DNA from: Candidatus Limivicinus sp.
Lineage (GTDB): Bacteria > Bacillota > Clostridia > Oscillospirales > Oscillospiraceae
Direction of reading: 5' to 3'
Assembly (NCBI GenBank): GCA_045640405.1
Contig: JAZUEY010000070.1
Coordinates: 39,751 to 103,750 of the forward strand
DNA length: 64,000 bases
Shown here: positions 27,576-36,271 of the stretch, in pieces
Layout: each line of letters opens with the position of its first letter
How positions within the stretch are numbered: position 1 is the stretch's first letter
The notes under the pieces: generated by a model
Database searches by the model: none
What the model was told of the DNA's origin: nothing
The model's input: only the letters and a program-made list of their open reading frames with translations
Made by a program: the position numbers and the translations under genes

Positions 27576-28442
27576 ATGGATAAATATTCCATATTGAACA
27601 AAGTGGTCGAATGCGGTTCTCTGACGCGGGCTGCCGAAGAGCTCGGCTGTACACAGAGTGCCGTCAGCCACTGTCTGGCAGGACTCGAGGAGGAATTCGG
27701 TTTTTCCCTTCTGAAGCGCGGACACGGCGGTGTTTCTCTCACGTCCGAAGGAGAAAAGATTATGCCGTCCGTCCGGGCAATTATCAATTCGTATGAGCAG
27801 CTCGAGCAGAACGTCTCCTCGATTCGCGGTCTGAATTCCGGAACCGTCCGCATCGGTGCCTTCACTTCCGTTGCCGTCCACTGGCTGCCCGGAATCCTGA
27901 AACGCTTCCAGACCGACTTCCCGAACGTCGAGTTCCGGCTCCTGAACGGAGACTACCACGACGTCGAACAGTGGCTCGAAGACGGCAGCATAGACGTTGG
28001 CTTTGTAAATGTGCCATGTTCCCTGAAGTGCGAAGTCATCACGCTGATGGAAGATAGGCTCCTTGCCATCCTTCCCAAAAACAGCAAGTATGCCAGTTAT
28101 CCCCGCTTTCCTCTGATTGAGTGTGAAACGGAGTCCTTCATATCCCTTCTCGAAAGTTCCGACCACGATGCCCGCCGGGCTCTGGCCCTCGCCGGTGTAA
28201 AACCGAACGTCCGCTTTTATACCAAGGATGACTATGCCATCATCGCCATGGTGGAACAGGGGCTTGGCATCAGCATCATGCCCGAACTGCTATTGAAGGG
28301 CCGCCATGATGACCTGCTGGTGCTGCCGCTTGTCCCCGAGGCGAAAAGGACGATTGGCCTTGCCATTGCCGACCGAAAGGCAGGACCCGCCGTCCGCATG
28401 TTTACGGATTACGTCGTAGAATATGTAAAAAAGCAAACCTAA
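27576..28442 (+). CDS. LysR-family transcriptional regulator
   Basis: N-terminal HTH FNKVVECGSLTRAAEELGCTQSAVSHCL, plus a LysR substrate-binding domain. Confidence 0.9.
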   Translation: MDKYSILNKVVECGSLTRAAEELGCTQSAVSHCLAGLEEEFGFSLLKRGHGGVSLTSEGEKIMPSVRAIINSYEQLEQNVSSIRGLNSGTVRIGAFTSVAVHWLPGILKRFQTDFPNVEFRLLNGDYHDVEQWLEDGSIDVGFVNVPCSLKCEVITLMEDRLLAILPKNSKYASYPRFPLIECETESFISLLESSDHDARRALALAGVKPNVRFYTKDDYAIIAMVEQGLGISIMPELLLKGRHDDLLVLPLVPEAKRTIGLAIADRKAGPAVRMFTDYVVEYVKKQT

Positions 28443-28465
28443 AAAAAATCAGGCTTGCTTTTTTC
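28431..28465. terminator. Possible bidirectional terminator
   Basis: AAGCAAACCT-(A-rich loop)-AGGCTTGCTT with one mismatch, followed by a T-run, between the convergent LysR and trxB genes. Confidence 0.4.
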
Positions 28466-29363
28466 AATCTATTTCGGCAACCGCTGCAAGCGCCGCCACG
28501 GCGCCGTCCGCTACCGCCGTCGTCAGCTGGTGGACGGATTTTCTCCTGCAGTCCCCGGCTACATAAACGCCCTTTGTCTTCGTCAGGCAGTCCTCGCCGG
28601 AATCGGCATAGCCCTGTTTGTTCAGCGAAAGCAGATTGGCAAAAATCTCGTTCTGCGGTTCATGCCCTATTGCTACGAACAGACCGTCAAGCGCTATTTC
28701 ACGCCCGTCGGTCAGTTTGACGCCTTTGAGTTCCCCGTCTCCGAGAAGTTCAGCAATCGACACGCCAAGAACAAACTCAACGTTTTCTTTCTCTTTCAGA
28801 ACATCGACGAGCTTCTGCTCTCCGCGGAAGACATCTCTCCGATGAATGAGATATACCTTGGAGCACTTCTCGCTCAGGAGCACGGCATCCTGGAGTGCGG
28901 AATTACCTCCCCCGTTCACGGCGACCACCTTGTCCTTGTAAAAGGCTCCGTCGCAGACGGCGCAGAAGCAGACGCCGTTCCCGACCAGTTCCTCTTCCTT
29001 CGGCAGGCGCAGCATGCGCGGTTTCGCACCCGTGGCAACAATCAGGGCTTTGCCTTCAAACTCGGTTCCCGATTCGCATTTCACGAGCTTAGTGCTTCCC
29101 CTGTCTTCCACGGAGATGACCTCTTCGAGCTCGACATCCGCCCCCTGCTCCATTGCCTGGCTGAGAAGCCGGTCGCCTATTTCAGCCCCGGAAGCCGATG
29201 GAATCGTCGGGAAATTTTCGACTCTCGGTGACCACGTAATCTGCCCGCCAAAAGTGTTCTTTTCTATGACCAGCGCCGTCTTTCCGGCTCTTCTGGCATA
29301 TACAGCGGAGGTGAGCCCCGCGGGGCCACCTCCGATGATTATAACATCATAAAGATTCGACAT
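28464..29363 (-). CDS. trxB: Thioredoxin-disulfide reductase
   Basis: MSNLYDVIIIGGGPAGL, redox centre CAVCDG, GGGNSA NADPH site. ATG at 29363 overlaps the nrdD stop by 17 nt. Confidence 0.9.
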   Translation of the reverse strand: MSNLYDVIIIGGGPAGLTSAVYARRAGKTALVIEKNTFGGQITWSPRVENFPTIPSASGAEIGDRLLSQAMEQGADVELEEVISVEDRGSTKLVKCESGTEFEGKALIVATGAKPRMLRLPKEEELVGNGVCFCAVCDGAFYKDKVVAVNGGGNSALQDAVLLSEKCSKVYLIHRRDVFRGEQKLVDVLKEKENVEFVLGVSIAELLGDGELKGVKLTDGREIALDGLFVAIGHEPQNEIFANLLSLNKQGYADSGEDCLTKTKGVYVAGDCRRKSVHQLTTAVADGAVAALAAVAEID

Positions 29364-31734
29364 ATTTTTTAATAGCTCCGGCTCCGGCAATCTTGGTCCC
29401 GTCGGGAAGCACAAGTGTGGGGGCCTGCTTGACACCGAGTTTGCTCACCAGGTCGGCATTCTCGTCCGCATAGAGCTTATCGTAATCGAAGCCGGCTTTA
29501 TCCATATACTGGCAAGCTATCTTGCAGTTGGGACAGGTCTGCGTAGCAAACAGCGTTGCCTTTTTCAGTGCCTCATCAGCCTTCTTATCAAGGTTCTGCC
29601 TTGCTTTTTCGAGACGCTCGGTAACAACACCGTCGTCCAGAGGGCCTTCATGCGTCAGAGTGGATTTGTTGAGCTCATACTCCTTGCGCTGCTTGTATTC
29701 CTGAGTCTTGCCGACGTTCCAGTTCTGAACCGGTCTGTAGTATCCGGTTATGCGGCTGTATACCTCTGCCGGTTCTCCGCACTCGGGGCAGGTGAACTGC
29801 TCGCCGGTGAGATAGCCGTGATTCTTGCATACGGAATAGGTCGGGCTCATCGTGTAATACGGGAGCTTGTAGTTCTCGGCAATCTTGCGCACAAGATTGG
29901 CAGCTGCCTGCCAGCTCGGGAGCTTCTCGCCCAAGAAGGCGTGGAATACGGTTCCGGACGTATACCGGGTCTGCAGGTCATCCTGAATGTCGAGAGCGGC
30001 AAAAATATCTTCGGTATAGCCGACCGGCAGATGGGAGGAGTTTGTATAGTAGGGTTCACCGCCGGCTTCCGCGGCCGTTATGATGTCGGGATAGGTCTCG
30101 ACGTCATGCTTGGCAAGGCGGTAGGAGGTGGACTCTGCGGGAGTGGCTTCGAGATTGAACAGATCGCCGTACTGCTCCTGGTAATCGGAGAGGCGCTCGC
30201 GCATATGGTCAAGAACTTCCTTTGCAAACGTCTGGCACTTCGGGTCGGTCATGTCGGCGCGTATCCACTTGGCATTGAGGCCGGCTTCGTTCATGCCTAC
30301 CAGGCCTATGGTGGAGAAGTGGTTTGCAAAAGTTCCGAGATAGTGCTTCGTGTACGGATAGAGACCCGTGTCAAGCAGCCTGGTGATAACCTTGCGTTTG
30401 ACGTCCAGGGATCTGGCGGAAATGTCCATCAGTTTGTCCAGACGCTTGTAGAAGTCCGCTTCATCGGTGGCGAGGTATGCGATTCTCGGCATATTGATGG
30501 TAACAACACCGATGGAACCTGTGGATTCACCGCTTCCGAAGAAGCCGCCGCTCTTCTTTCTGAGCTCGCGAAGGTCGAGACGCAGACGGCAGCACATGGA
30601 ACGCACATCGCTCGGCTCCATATCCGAGTTGATGTAGTTGGAGAAATACGGAGTGCCGTATTTTGCCGTCATTTCGAAGAGGAGCTTGTTGTTCTCGGTT
30701 TCGGACCAGTCAAAGTCTCTGGTAATGGAATAGGTGGGAATCGGATACTGGAAGCCGCGGCCGTTCGCATCGCCTTCAATCATGATTTCGATGAAGGCCT
30801 TATTAACCATATCCATTTCCTTCTTGCAGTCGCCGTATGTGAAATCCATTTCCTGGCCGCCGACTATGGCAGGCAGATTCTCCAGGTCATGCGGGACCGT
30901 CCAGTCAAGAGTGATGTTGGAGAACGGTGCCTGTGTGCCCCAGCGGGAAGGCGTGTTAACACCGAAAATGAAGCTCTGGCTGCACTGCTTGACTTCTTTC
31001 TGAGAAAGATTGTCAATCTTGACAAACGGTGCCAGATAGGTATCGAAGGAGGAAAAGGCCTGTGCGCCGGCCCACTCGTTCTGCATAATACCCAGGAAGT
31101 TGACCATCTGGTTGCAGAGGGTGGAAAGGTGGCTGGCCGGGGCGGAATTGATCTTGCCCGGAATGCCGAGACCTTCCTTGATCAGCTGCTTGAGAGACCA
31201 GCCTGCGCAGTAACCCGTCAGCATGGAGAGGTCGTGCAGGTGGATGTCGCAGTTCCGGTGAGCATTGGCTATCTCGTTGTCATAGACTTCCGACAGCCAG
31301 TAGTTTGCGGTAATGGCGCCGCTGTTGGAAAGAATAAGACCGCCGACGGAATAAGTAACCGTTGAATTTTCCTTTACGCGCCAGTCTTCAACCTTCAGAT
31401 ACTTTTCAACCGTGTCCTTATAGTCAAGATAGGCGGACTTTGTGTTGCGCAGTTTTTCTCTCTGCTTACGGTAAAGGATGTAAGCCTTGGCGACCTGCTC
31501 ATAGCCGCCGCGGGAAAGCACGGCTTCCACGCTGTCCTGAATGTCTTCAACAGCTATTTTGCCGTTGGCAATTTTTTCCTGAAAATCGGAAGTAACCTTC
31601 AGTGCCAGAAAATCAATGACACTGTCATTGTATTCCGTGTCTGTTGCCTCAAAGGCTTTGCGAATGGCGTCGGCAATCTTGGTAATGTCAAAATCAACTA
31701 TCTTGCCGTCTCTTTTTGTAACCTGGTTATACAT
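29347..31734 (-). CDS. nrdD: Anaerobic (class III) ribonucleoside-triphosphate reductase with C-terminal glutaredoxin/NrdH-like domain
   Basis: N-terminal ATP cone (VTKRDGKIVDFDITKI), CPECG Zn site, glycyl-radical motif RITGYYRPV. Then about 105 extra residues ending in a thioredoxin-fold segment with CPNC. Confidence 0.92.
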   Translation of the reverse strand: MYNQVTKRDGKIVDFDITKIADAIRKAFEATDTEYNDSVIDFLALKVTSDFQEKIANGKIAVEDIQDSVEAVLSRGGYEQVAKAYILYRKQREKLRNTKSAYLDYKDTVEKYLKVEDWRVKENSTVTYSVGGLILSNSGAITANYWLSEVYDNEIANAHRNCDIHLHDLSMLTGYCAGWSLKQLIKEGLGIPGKINSAPASHLSTLCNQMVNFLGIMQNEWAGAQAFSSFDTYLAPFVKIDNLSQKEVKQCSQSFIFGVNTPSRWGTQAPFSNITLDWTVPHDLENLPAIVGGQEMDFTYGDCKKEMDMVNKAFIEIMIEGDANGRGFQYPIPTYSITRDFDWSETENNKLLFEMTAKYGTPYFSNYINSDMEPSDVRSMCCRLRLDLRELRKKSGGFFGSGESTGSIGVVTINMPRIAYLATDEADFYKRLDKLMDISARSLDVKRKVITRLLDTGLYPYTKHYLGTFANHFSTIGLVGMNEAGLNAKWIRADMTDPKCQTFAKEVLDHMRERLSDYQEQYGDLFNLEATPAESTSYRLAKHDVETYPDIITAAEAGGEPYYTNSSHLPVGYTEDIFAALDIQDDLQTRYTSGTVFHAFLGEKLPSWQAAANLVRKIAENYKLPYYTMSPTYSVCKNHGYLTGEQFTCPECGEPAEVYSRITGYYRPVQNWNVGKTQEYKQRKEYELNKSTLTHEGPLDDGVVTERLEKARQNLDKKADEALKKATLFATQTCPNCKIACQYMDKAGFDYDKLYADENADLVSKLGVKQAPTLVLPDGTKIAGAGAIKKYVESL

Positions 31735-31749
31735 GTTCTTTCTCCTATC

Positions 31750-32445
31750 CTATACGCCGCGGACCTTGACGGATGGCACAAATTCCGCCACCGCATCGGC
31801 TAATGCGTGCATTTCTCTTTCGTCGTAGGCACCGAGCCCGTCTATGGCTATTACATCGCCCGAATCCTTGAACTGCTGCAGATAATACTCCTTGGCTCCG
31901 GCAATCCATTCGGCAGCTTCCGTCAGGCTTTCCTTTGTATGGAGGCCTTTTACCACCGTTGTCCGGAACTCATAATCGATACTTCCTTCCAGAAGGAAGT
32001 TCTTGCTCTCCTCCACGCCGGAGATGTCAAAGCCCTCTATGCCGACCGTTGCGCCGTAGAGTCCAGGGGCGTTCTTGATGTCCATCGCGACTCTGTCCAC
32101 AAGGCCTGCCTTGACAAGCTCCTTCAGGTGATCCGGGAATGACCCGTTGGTATCCAGCTTGACGCTGTATCCCATTTCTTTTATCTTCTGCAGGAATCCG
32201 GCCATCTCTTTGTGCAGAAGCGGTTCCCCGCCCGTGATGGCCACTCCGTCAAGAATGCCCACCCGTTTGCCGAGAAACGCAAGCACGTCTTCTTCGGTCA
32301 CATCCTGCCCCATACGCTCGGGAAGCACCAGAGGCGCATTGTGGCAGAAGGGACAGCGGAAGTTGCATCCGGCGGTAAAAACCGTGCATGCCACCTTTCC
32401 GGGATAGTCCAGCAATGTTAACTTTTGAAGCCCTGCTACAAACAA
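31750..32445 (-). CDS. nrdG: Anaerobic ribonucleotide reductase activating protein (radical SAM)
   Basis: LLDYPGKVACTVFTAGCNFRCPFCHN. Proposed TTG start at 32445 lies 7 nt after GGAGGAGG. The track start (TTG at 32496) sits inside the predicted promoter. Confidence 0.88.
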   Translation of the reverse strand: MFVAGLQKLTLLDYPGKVACTVFTAGCNFRCPFCHNAPLVLPERMGQDVTEEDVLAFLGKRVGILDGVAITGGEPLLHKEMAGFLQKIKEMGYSVKLDTNGSFPDHLKELVKAGLVDRVAMDIKNAPGLYGATVGIEGFDISGVEESKNFLLEGSIDYEFRTTVVKGLHTKESLTEAAEWIAGAKEYYLQQFKDSGDVIAIDGLGAYDEREMHALADAVAEFVPSVKVRGV

Positions 32446-32480
32446 ACGGCGGCCTCCTCCATTTTTATCGAGCATGGAAT

Positions 32481-32509
32481 ATAATAGTAAAATCAAGGTC
32501 TCTTGTCAA
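32481..32509 (-). promoter_or_regulatory. Sigma-70-type promoter of the nrdG-nrdD-trxB operon
   Basis: On the minus strand: TTGACA (32509-32504), 17-nt spacer, TATTAT (32486-32481). Confidence 0.55.
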
Positions 32510-32516
32510 CCGCAAA

Positions 32517-32573
32517 ACACAACATTTTGTAAATTTAAATACTTTGTAACCCATTTTAACACAATATGTTGTG
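32517..32573. promoter_or_regulatory. Two putative NrdR boxes
   Basis: ACACAACATTTTGT (32517-32530) and ACACAATATGTTGTG (32559-32573) resemble the palindromic NrdR operator consensus acaCwAtATaTwGtgt. Start-to-start spacing is 42 bp. Confidence 0.55.
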
Positions 32574-32631
32574 ATTGCGCAAAAAATGACAGCCGGACTG
32601 AAAAATCAGTCCGGCTGTCCATAACAAGCTG

Positions 32632-33243
32632 TTATCTATCGGCTTTTTTGCCGACCACCTGATACATCTCGCTGTCGGAAATCTTGTGTGTAACCGTAAG
32701 AAATTTTGAGAAAATTTGGGCCAGTTCATCTTCGTGCATCAGCCCGTTTGACACTTTGCTGGCGCTTCCCTCGTGATGGCGGTCAATCTTTTCCCGGGAC
32801 ATGCCGTGGGCAACGGTCAGGCTTCCGCCGGGTTTCAGCAAAGAAGACAGTCTTTCAATAAGCTTCTCCGGGTCCGGAAAATGCGGGAATGCGTTGTAAA
32901 CCACAATGCAGTCAAAGAGCCTTTCGAAGGACGTCGTCTCAACATCTTCGCAGATTACGTTCACATCCGGGAACTTGTGTGCGCAGATAGCGGCCATCTC
33001 GGGAGATATGTCTATCGCCGTAACGGAGGCAACGTTTCTCTCTTTATAATCGGGAATCAGCACACCCGTGCCGGTGGCGACATCCAGTATGTCCTTTCCT
33101 TCCGACACGCCCGCATTGTTCAGAATTCTCGCTACGACTTTCTCGTTTTTTATCATCTCTTCATCCCAGGCCGATGCGTGGGCGTTGAAGTATTCGATTA
33201 TGTTCTTCTTGTCAAGCATGGTCGTGATGATGCGGGGTGTCAA
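32632..33243 (-). CDS. Class I SAM-dependent methyltransferase
   Basis: Motif I ILDVATGTGVL and LKPGGSL. The start could instead be the internal ATG at 33219. Confidence 0.8.
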   Translation of the reverse strand: MTPRIITTMLDKKNIIEYFNAHASAWDEEMIKNEKVVARILNNAGVSEGKDILDVATGTGVLIPDYKERNVASVTAIDISPEMAAICAHKFPDVNVICEDVETTSFERLFDCIVVYNAFPHFPDPEKLIERLSSLLKPGGSLTVAHGMSREKIDRHHEGSASKVSNGLMHEDELAQIFSKFLTVTHKISDSEMYQVVGKKADR

Positions 33244-33760
33244 TCAGCTTGGCTCTGCGCAGTGCCATAATCAGCAGAGGGATAAGCACTATCTGCAAAA
33301 TAATTCCGGGAAGGGCTTCGACAAAGGATGCCGTAATAAACGCCGTCCAGGTATAGGTGTTTCCTTTCAGCCCGTAAAGCGGAATCTGCACCAGTCCCGA
33401 TACGATACGGCCTGCCAGCATGGCACCAATCAGGGAAACATATATGTACACAGGCTTCTTCGGCAGCTTGTCATTCAACAGTCCGCAGACGAGACCGTAG
33501 GTAAACAACTCGCATGCCATGGCAATGGCCGTCGGGTAAAGCATCGGCATGCCGAAGAGCAGGCTCCGCATCAGCGGTGCAACGGCTCCCACGGCGGCGG
33601 CCCACTTTTTATCCGCGACATAAGCGCAAATAAACACGCCCAGGTGCATGGGCAGAAGCATTCTGCCAATCTGCGGAATCTGTCCCGTCAGGAAGGGCAG
33701 AACGAGGCAGAGGGCCAGGCACAGGGCCGCAATAATCATGTGTTTTGTCTTATGTTTCAT
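33212..33760 (-). CDS. ECF-transporter S-component-like membrane protein with His-rich C-terminus
   Basis: 182 aa, about 5-6 TM segments. LLPMHLGVFICAYV and ELFTYGLVCGLL resemble ECF S components. The tail is TPHHHDHA. Confidence 0.6.
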   Translation of the reverse strand: MKHKTKHMIIAALCLALCLVLPFLTGQIPQIGRMLLPMHLGVFICAYVADKKWAAAVGAVAPLMRSLLFGMPMLYPTAIAMACELFTYGLVCGLLNDKLPKKPVYIYVSLIGAMLAGRIVSGLVQIPLYGLKGNTYTWTAFITASFVEALPGIILQIVLIPLLIMALRRAKLIDTPHHHDHA

Positions 33761-33800
33761 GTTGCTTTCCTCATTTCTGTTTGGTAAAAAGAAAGTATCA

Positions 33801-33836
33801 TAAAAAATCCCCCCGCGGAAGCCCCGTGGGGGGATA
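33801..33836 (-). terminator. Rho-independent terminator after the VWA gene
   Basis: On the minus strand: ATCCCCCCACGG-GGCTT-CCGCGGGGGGAT followed by TTTTTT. Confidence 0.75.
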
Positions 33837-33840
33837 TATT

Positions 33841-35367
33841 TTATAGATTCTTTATCTGCATCTTTATGAGTTTCCCGACCGTATCTGCCAGCGTCGAAAA
33901 GCTCCTAATTCGGACAAAATCGCTCCCGTAAACCGTTGTTGCGGATTTCAGGTCTTCATCCTCTCCCGTAAAAATGCATATGACGGATATTCCGTCGCTT
34001 CTGGCGCGCCGCACCTCATAGGCCGTATCGTACAGCCCTGCCTTTTTATCGTAGGGAACTCTCTCCGCCCCTTCATAGCTGGGAATGCGGATGACATCGT
34101 TCGGTTTGACGTCCGACAGGACAATGAGCATCTTGTGCTCCGCCTGCTCGGTGCTCATGAGCTTCCTTGCCGCGCGAATGGCAAGACCGTCCCGGTTGCA
34201 ACCGTTGGCAACGAATTCGAAAATGTCCCGATTCTTGTCGAAGACACGAACAACCGTGTAGCCCGTCATAGAACAGAAGCTCAGCACACGGCACGGTATG
34301 CCTGCCTTTCTCAATGCTTCCGCAATAATATAGGCCTGCGATGAAATGGTCTCAACACGGTTCGTCTGCGACGTGGAAGCGTCCAGCAGAATATCTACGC
34401 AGATGCCGCCGATATTGTCATGCTCGTTGACCAAAAAAACCTTGGTGTCGTTGAGCTTATCCGCTCTCCAGACCAGACTCCCGTTCAGCCGGCCGGTATT
34501 GGCCTTGACCGGTGCCGGTTCCATATGCATAAGAATGGAATTCTGAATGTTCGCAGCCAGCTTATTGATGGCCATCCGGTTCTCGGCGGCATGCATCTCA
34601 AAGTTCCGCCGGTTCTCTTCCACCTGCGCAGCCTCTCTCTGTCTGGAAAGAGCTTCGAATGCGTTTTGAACATCCGTTATGTCCGCCCGCTCTCCTCTGG
34701 TGAAAAGGATGTGGCAGTTCTGATGATTTCCGCTGCAGAGCTCCTTTTCCAGTTCGGCCGACTGTCTCGGGTTGAAAAGCGGCTTGCCGTACTTTGCCTC
34801 AATAAAAGCCTTCAGTTCTTCGGCCGTCAGCCTTGTCGCCAGGTCGCTCTGGGCATCGTCATACGCTCTCCCGTTACCGCTCGAATCCTTGGAATGCCAC
34901 AGAGACCCCTGCATGAAGCTGTGATAATTGGACGTCTTTGCCTTTTTCGTTCCGAGAAGGCTGTGCTTTTTTCTGGGTTTCCCGCTCATCCCGTAGAGGC
35001 GGAAGAAGTCCTTCGCCTTCTCGACGATCTGCTCCGTCGTCATATCCTCGTGCAGTGTGAGAGGGGAATCGTACTCCTGGCGGATAATCTCAAGCACCGG
35101 CCGTTGCTTCCGCTCCTTCGGATACACCACCTTCTCAAGGGCACTCCAGAACATGTTCTGGCACTCTTCGTCCAGTGTCTCGAAGAGCTTTTCAAACTGC
35201 GGATAGTCATAGTATTTTCGGCTGGCACCGATGATAGTGTTCCAATAAATATCGGCAAGGCCTATGCTGTCATAGGCCTTGAAATCCGGGCGGAATCCGT
35301 AGCTGCCCGCTGCGTTCCAGATAAGATTGTCTGCTCTCTTCTGTTGTGTTTCGGTTACTTCAGGCAA
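33841..35367 (-). CDS. NorD/CobT-like von Willebrand factor A domain protein
   Basis: C-terminal VWA domain with MIDAS DASTS and later LIVLSDVKPND. Long helical N-terminal region. 8-nt overlap with the upstream AAA+ gene. Confidence 0.75.
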   Translation of the reverse strand: MPEVTETQQKRADNLIWNAAGSYGFRPDFKAYDSIGLADIYWNTIIGASRKYYDYPQFEKLFETLDEECQNMFWSALEKVVYPKERKQRPVLEIIRQEYDSPLTLHEDMTTEQIVEKAKDFFRLYGMSGKPRKKHSLLGTKKAKTSNYHSFMQGSLWHSKDSSGNGRAYDDAQSDLATRLTAEELKAFIEAKYGKPLFNPRQSAELEKELCSGNHQNCHILFTRGERADITDVQNAFEALSRQREAAQVEENRRNFEMHAAENRMAINKLAANIQNSILMHMEPAPVKANTGRLNGSLVWRADKLNDTKVFLVNEHDNIGGICVDILLDASTSQTNRVETISSQAYIIAEALRKAGIPCRVLSFCSMTGYTVVRVFDKNRDIFEFVANGCNRDGLAIRAARKLMSTEQAEHKMLIVLSDVKPNDVIRIPSYEGAERVPYDKKAGLYDTAYEVRRARSDGISVICIFTGEDEDLKSATTVYGSDFVRIRSFSTLADTVGKLIKMQIKNL

Positions 35368-36271
35368 AGATATCCTTCTTTGTGAGCATTCCGTTTATTC
35401 TGGAAGCTATGATGTCGGAAACAAGCGTTCTCTCGAACTCATCGAAGCTCTTGTTCACAATGCCTATCTCCAGCGCTTTGCCGACGGTAAGCCCGTTTGC
35501 GACAAGGTTCAGAGAAGACATGAGGCCTCTGAGGTCCAGAGCCTTGGAGGAGATCTCCGCGCTTTCGCACTTTGTCCGGATTTCTCCGTAAAGCGTTGCA
35601 AACTGCTGGGTAAACTCGTCCTTAATATTGGGGTACTGTTCACGCATCAGCTTCGTCAGGCTTTCAACGGAAAGAATCGGCATGTTGATAACCATGAATC
35701 GGGATGCCAGTGCTTCGTTGAGTTCGCGTGTTCCGGCATAGCCGTAGTTCATCGTGGCAATGAATCTTGTGGCAGGATCCAGCGTAATTCTCTCGTATCC
35801 CGGTACGTCGATGATGCGGCGGAAGTCCAGCGTTGCGTGAAGCACGGCCAGAGACTCGTTCTTCGCCATGTTAATCTCATCCAGTATGCCGAAGCCGCCC
35901 GCTTCCGCGCAGGAATATATCGGGCCTTTGCGGAGGCTTACTTCGCCGTTTTTAAACGTGTCCGTTCCGATCAGGGAAGACGCATCCGTATTTAAATAGA
36001 AGGAAATGTCCCACTCGGGTCTTCCGAACAGGGCCGAAAGATTCTCCGCCAGAACATTTTTACCGGTGGCTTTCGGTCCGACGAGAAGGATGTTCTCTCC
36101 GGAAAGAATGGCGGTTATGGCCTCTTCCCAGACGTCCTTGCCGTAGTATCTGTACCGCGGAGTCGGTATTCTGCCGCTGTCTTCGGGTCTGATCGGGTGC
36201 TGCTTTTTAAATTCTTCGATTCTTTCGATTAATTCGGCGCTGATGCCTTCGCTTTTCAAAAAATCAATCAT
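35360..36271 (-). CDS. CbbQ/NirQ/NorQ (MoxR-class) AAA+ ATPase
   Basis: Walker A LLVGPKATGKN, Walker B FGILDEINM, arginine-finger region RFIATMN. ATG at 36271 lies 6 nt after GAGGA and overlaps the rnz stop (ATGATTGA). Confidence 0.8.
   Translation of the reverse strand: MIDFLKSEGISAELIERIEEFKKQHPIRPEDSGRIPTPRYRYYGKDVWEEAITAILSGENILLVGPKATGKNVLAENLSALFGRPEWDISFYLNTDASSLIGTDTFKNGEVSLRKGPIYSCAEAGGFGILDEINMAKNESLAVLHATLDFRRIIDVPGYERITLDPATRFIATMNYGYAGTRELNEALASRFMVINMPILSVESLTKLMREQYPNIKDEFTQQFATLYGEIRTKCESAEISSKALDLRGLMSSLNLVANGLTVGKALEIGIVNKSFDEFERTLVSDIIASRINGMLTKKDIFA

Noticed and set aside
29650-31365. 571-aa plus-strand ORF
   Set aside because: It is antisense to nrdD, which has clear ATP-cone, Zn-ribbon and glycyl-radical motifs.
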